The notes beneath the pieces were generated by a model. The model was not told the origin of the DNA. It did no database searches and saw only the letters and a list, made by a program, of their open reading frames with translations. The position numbers were made by a program, and so were the translations under genes. Positions 61,756 to 64,000 of a stretch of 64,000 nucleotides of DNA are shown piece by piece. How positions within the stretch are numbered: position 1 is the stretch's first letter; each line of letters opens with the position of its first letter. This stretch comes from Glaucostegus cemiculus (taxonomy: Eukaryota). The stretch is from positions 10,850,001 to 10,914,000 of the forward strand of contig CDPCPM010000050.1 in NCBI GenBank assembly GCA_976551045.1, in the 5' to 3' direction.

Positions 61756-64000
61756 TTCTCTGGCCAGCTTGTGTCTTTGCAGGTCTACGTCCCAACCTCA
61801 TGGTGGTCCCCACAGGCTCATCTGTTCTCAACACTTTCAGCTCTTGTACCTCACTACCGATGCAGTGCAATGTCTGCTTCACCTACTAATTCACACATTT
61901 TTCAAGGCAGATACACAAATGGTCAGCACTGCAAATCCATGAAGAATGCTCTTAGTATTTTCATTATAGAAGGTATATTTACTTTTGACAATGGCCATTT
62001 GCATTATAAACCCAGTTCTGGAGATATCACCTTCCCATCCACTGCTGTGTGGGTTCACTTTCCTTAGCACAAAAGCTTTGCATGCCTTCAGTCGGCCTTA
62101 CTGCTGCTTAGTTTTCCCTTTAGCTCAAGCTTCACAATCCTCTTTAGATGGGCTGGCATCAAATTCCATCTGTGCCACATTGCTAGCCATAATTTGATCG
62201 ATGCATTTGGTCTCATCGAGGGAATTGCCTATATTCGCTACAATTTCATTCTGGGACTAAAGTTTCCTCACTTTACCAGATAGTTGTATGGTATCTATTA
62301 CTCTGTCATTCCCCATGACTATTTGGTTGGAGCTGTGGCCAGTGACAGTGGTCAGTTAGCCATGGCCCTCCACTGTGAAGCATGCGTGATTCTTGGATAT
62401 CCTCATAGCCCATAGGTACAATCCTTTAATTTGAGTGACTGGTGCACACTCCTGGCCCATTATTTCAATATCCACCACAACATGTCATCTCCTCATAACT
62501 CAGAAGCTCTCTCTTACACAATTGCCTAACACTATTTCACTGTTTCAATGGAAAATGGTTGCTGTGTTTCTGATACATGTCCTGGCCTAAACCAAACTGA
62601 CTTTCTGAGATGTTTTTTTTTATCAATAAGGATTTTATGCTACAATTCAATCCAACAGTACTCAAAGCAGGAGCTATATGATTGAATATTCAGGTCCACA
62701 GCTACTTTTCTTTTAATACAGAACTTTTGACAGCATTCTGACAACCAATACAATAAAGTTTGGTGCAAATGAATGAGTAATAAGCTAATATTTCTGGTAA
62801 AGTTTCACAATCTGAGACGAGAACGCAAAAGGTAGCATTTTCAACTTCAAATGTCGATTCTACCAACTGCAGGACTAACCTCCTCTACAGCCAAATTCAT
62901 AATGCACCCACACTTACATCAGGCAGGGCTGAACCTTTCAATTTATATGCTCTAACTCATCACCCATCCAGCACTGTTTCAAGTCTTGCATCCACAACTT
63001 ACAGCAAACACACAATGGAAACTATTCAATCATTATAGCACTTCACTCAAACATATTCTGCATCGCCGACTGTCTAATATCCCTCTTTGTCGCTGTAGTA
63101 GCCCAGAAGAAGGCAGATATGTGAAAGCTAAGAGCCATGTTTACTTCAACTATCAAAGGCAATGTTGTCCTAGATCTGCTCTAAGGTTGCAGATGCAGCT
63201 GCAACATTTGGTAGATTTCATCTGAACCTTTTTGTGAAGCAATGATATCCCATACATTTCTCACAATTGAAATGTATAAATTGTTCCATTAAGCTCTCAT
63301 CAGTTCTTCTGCTATATCTGTTTTCCTGCCCCTCCTCCTCTTCACTCTCTCAATCATTTTTAATTCCCAGAGCAAATACTACCAGAGCACCCATGTTTTG
63401 AAAGAATTTGTTTCAGTACAAGAATTAAAATGACCAAAACATTGTACAAGGACTCCAGCCCTGAAGATTATTCAAATTTTTGCAAACTATGAAAAAGCTT
63501 CAAAAACAGGTAGAAGAGGAATTAACACTGACTGAATTACCATTATGTTGTTTAACGTTTGTTAGGCTGCACAAGGTTAAGATCGTGGGTTGGCTGTTTG
63601 AAACTAACACTGCTAGCATCAAATCGATGTTGAATATAGAGCTTACATAATCATTTGTTGATCATGGAGAGATCTGGTGTCATCAGGTGCACTGATGAAA
63701 CCCCTTTTATCAAGATAGAATCCTACACACTTCCCAGGACATAACATATGGATTCCATGTGGCCCAATTTACTCCCAAAGTTTCTTAATATGCCTTTATT
63801 TACTGCTCATTTATACCTGTTCACATTTCATGGCTTTCAGTTCTCAGTTTTATTCATTTTGATATTTAAACCCACAGAAAACATATGACATTGCACAAAG
63901 ATTAATATCTGGTGTTTATGATGTTTTCTAACACCTTTCCAGAGAGCCCCTCCAGACTCTTAAAGGTATCTGGCAGCTAGTATAAAATACATAGCTCCAA

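Overview
Eukaryotic, AT-rich, CpG-depleted DNA with no recognisable host protein-coding exon, RNA gene or prokaryotic feature. The repeats point to a cartilaginous fish, probably a batoid (ray/sawfish); this is inferred from recognised repeat families, not from a database search. They include CR1 and L2-group LINEs, Rex1/Babar-like LINEs, V-domain tRNA-SINEs, DeuSINEs, Penelope-derived hairpins and a Harbinger transposase relic. The window is most likely intergenic or deep intronic, and nearly all supplied ORFs are chance ORFs or TE fragments. The most notable structure is a 1,038-bp miniature LTR element at 45625-46662 (minus strand), derived from a Tf1/sushi-type chromovirus. It has two ~400-bp LTRs, a 5-bp TSD, a self-priming PBS and a PPT, and its 236-bp interior joins the presumed gag ATG in frame to the integrase chromodomain (61-aa ORF). 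A solo LTR of the same family lies 2.6 kb away. Other points: a 424-bp RTE-derived element with a 12-bp TSD inside an old Gypsy relic, two local inverted duplications, and several perfect hairpins at or within TE copies. Boundaries of old repeats are approximate and identities are hand counts.
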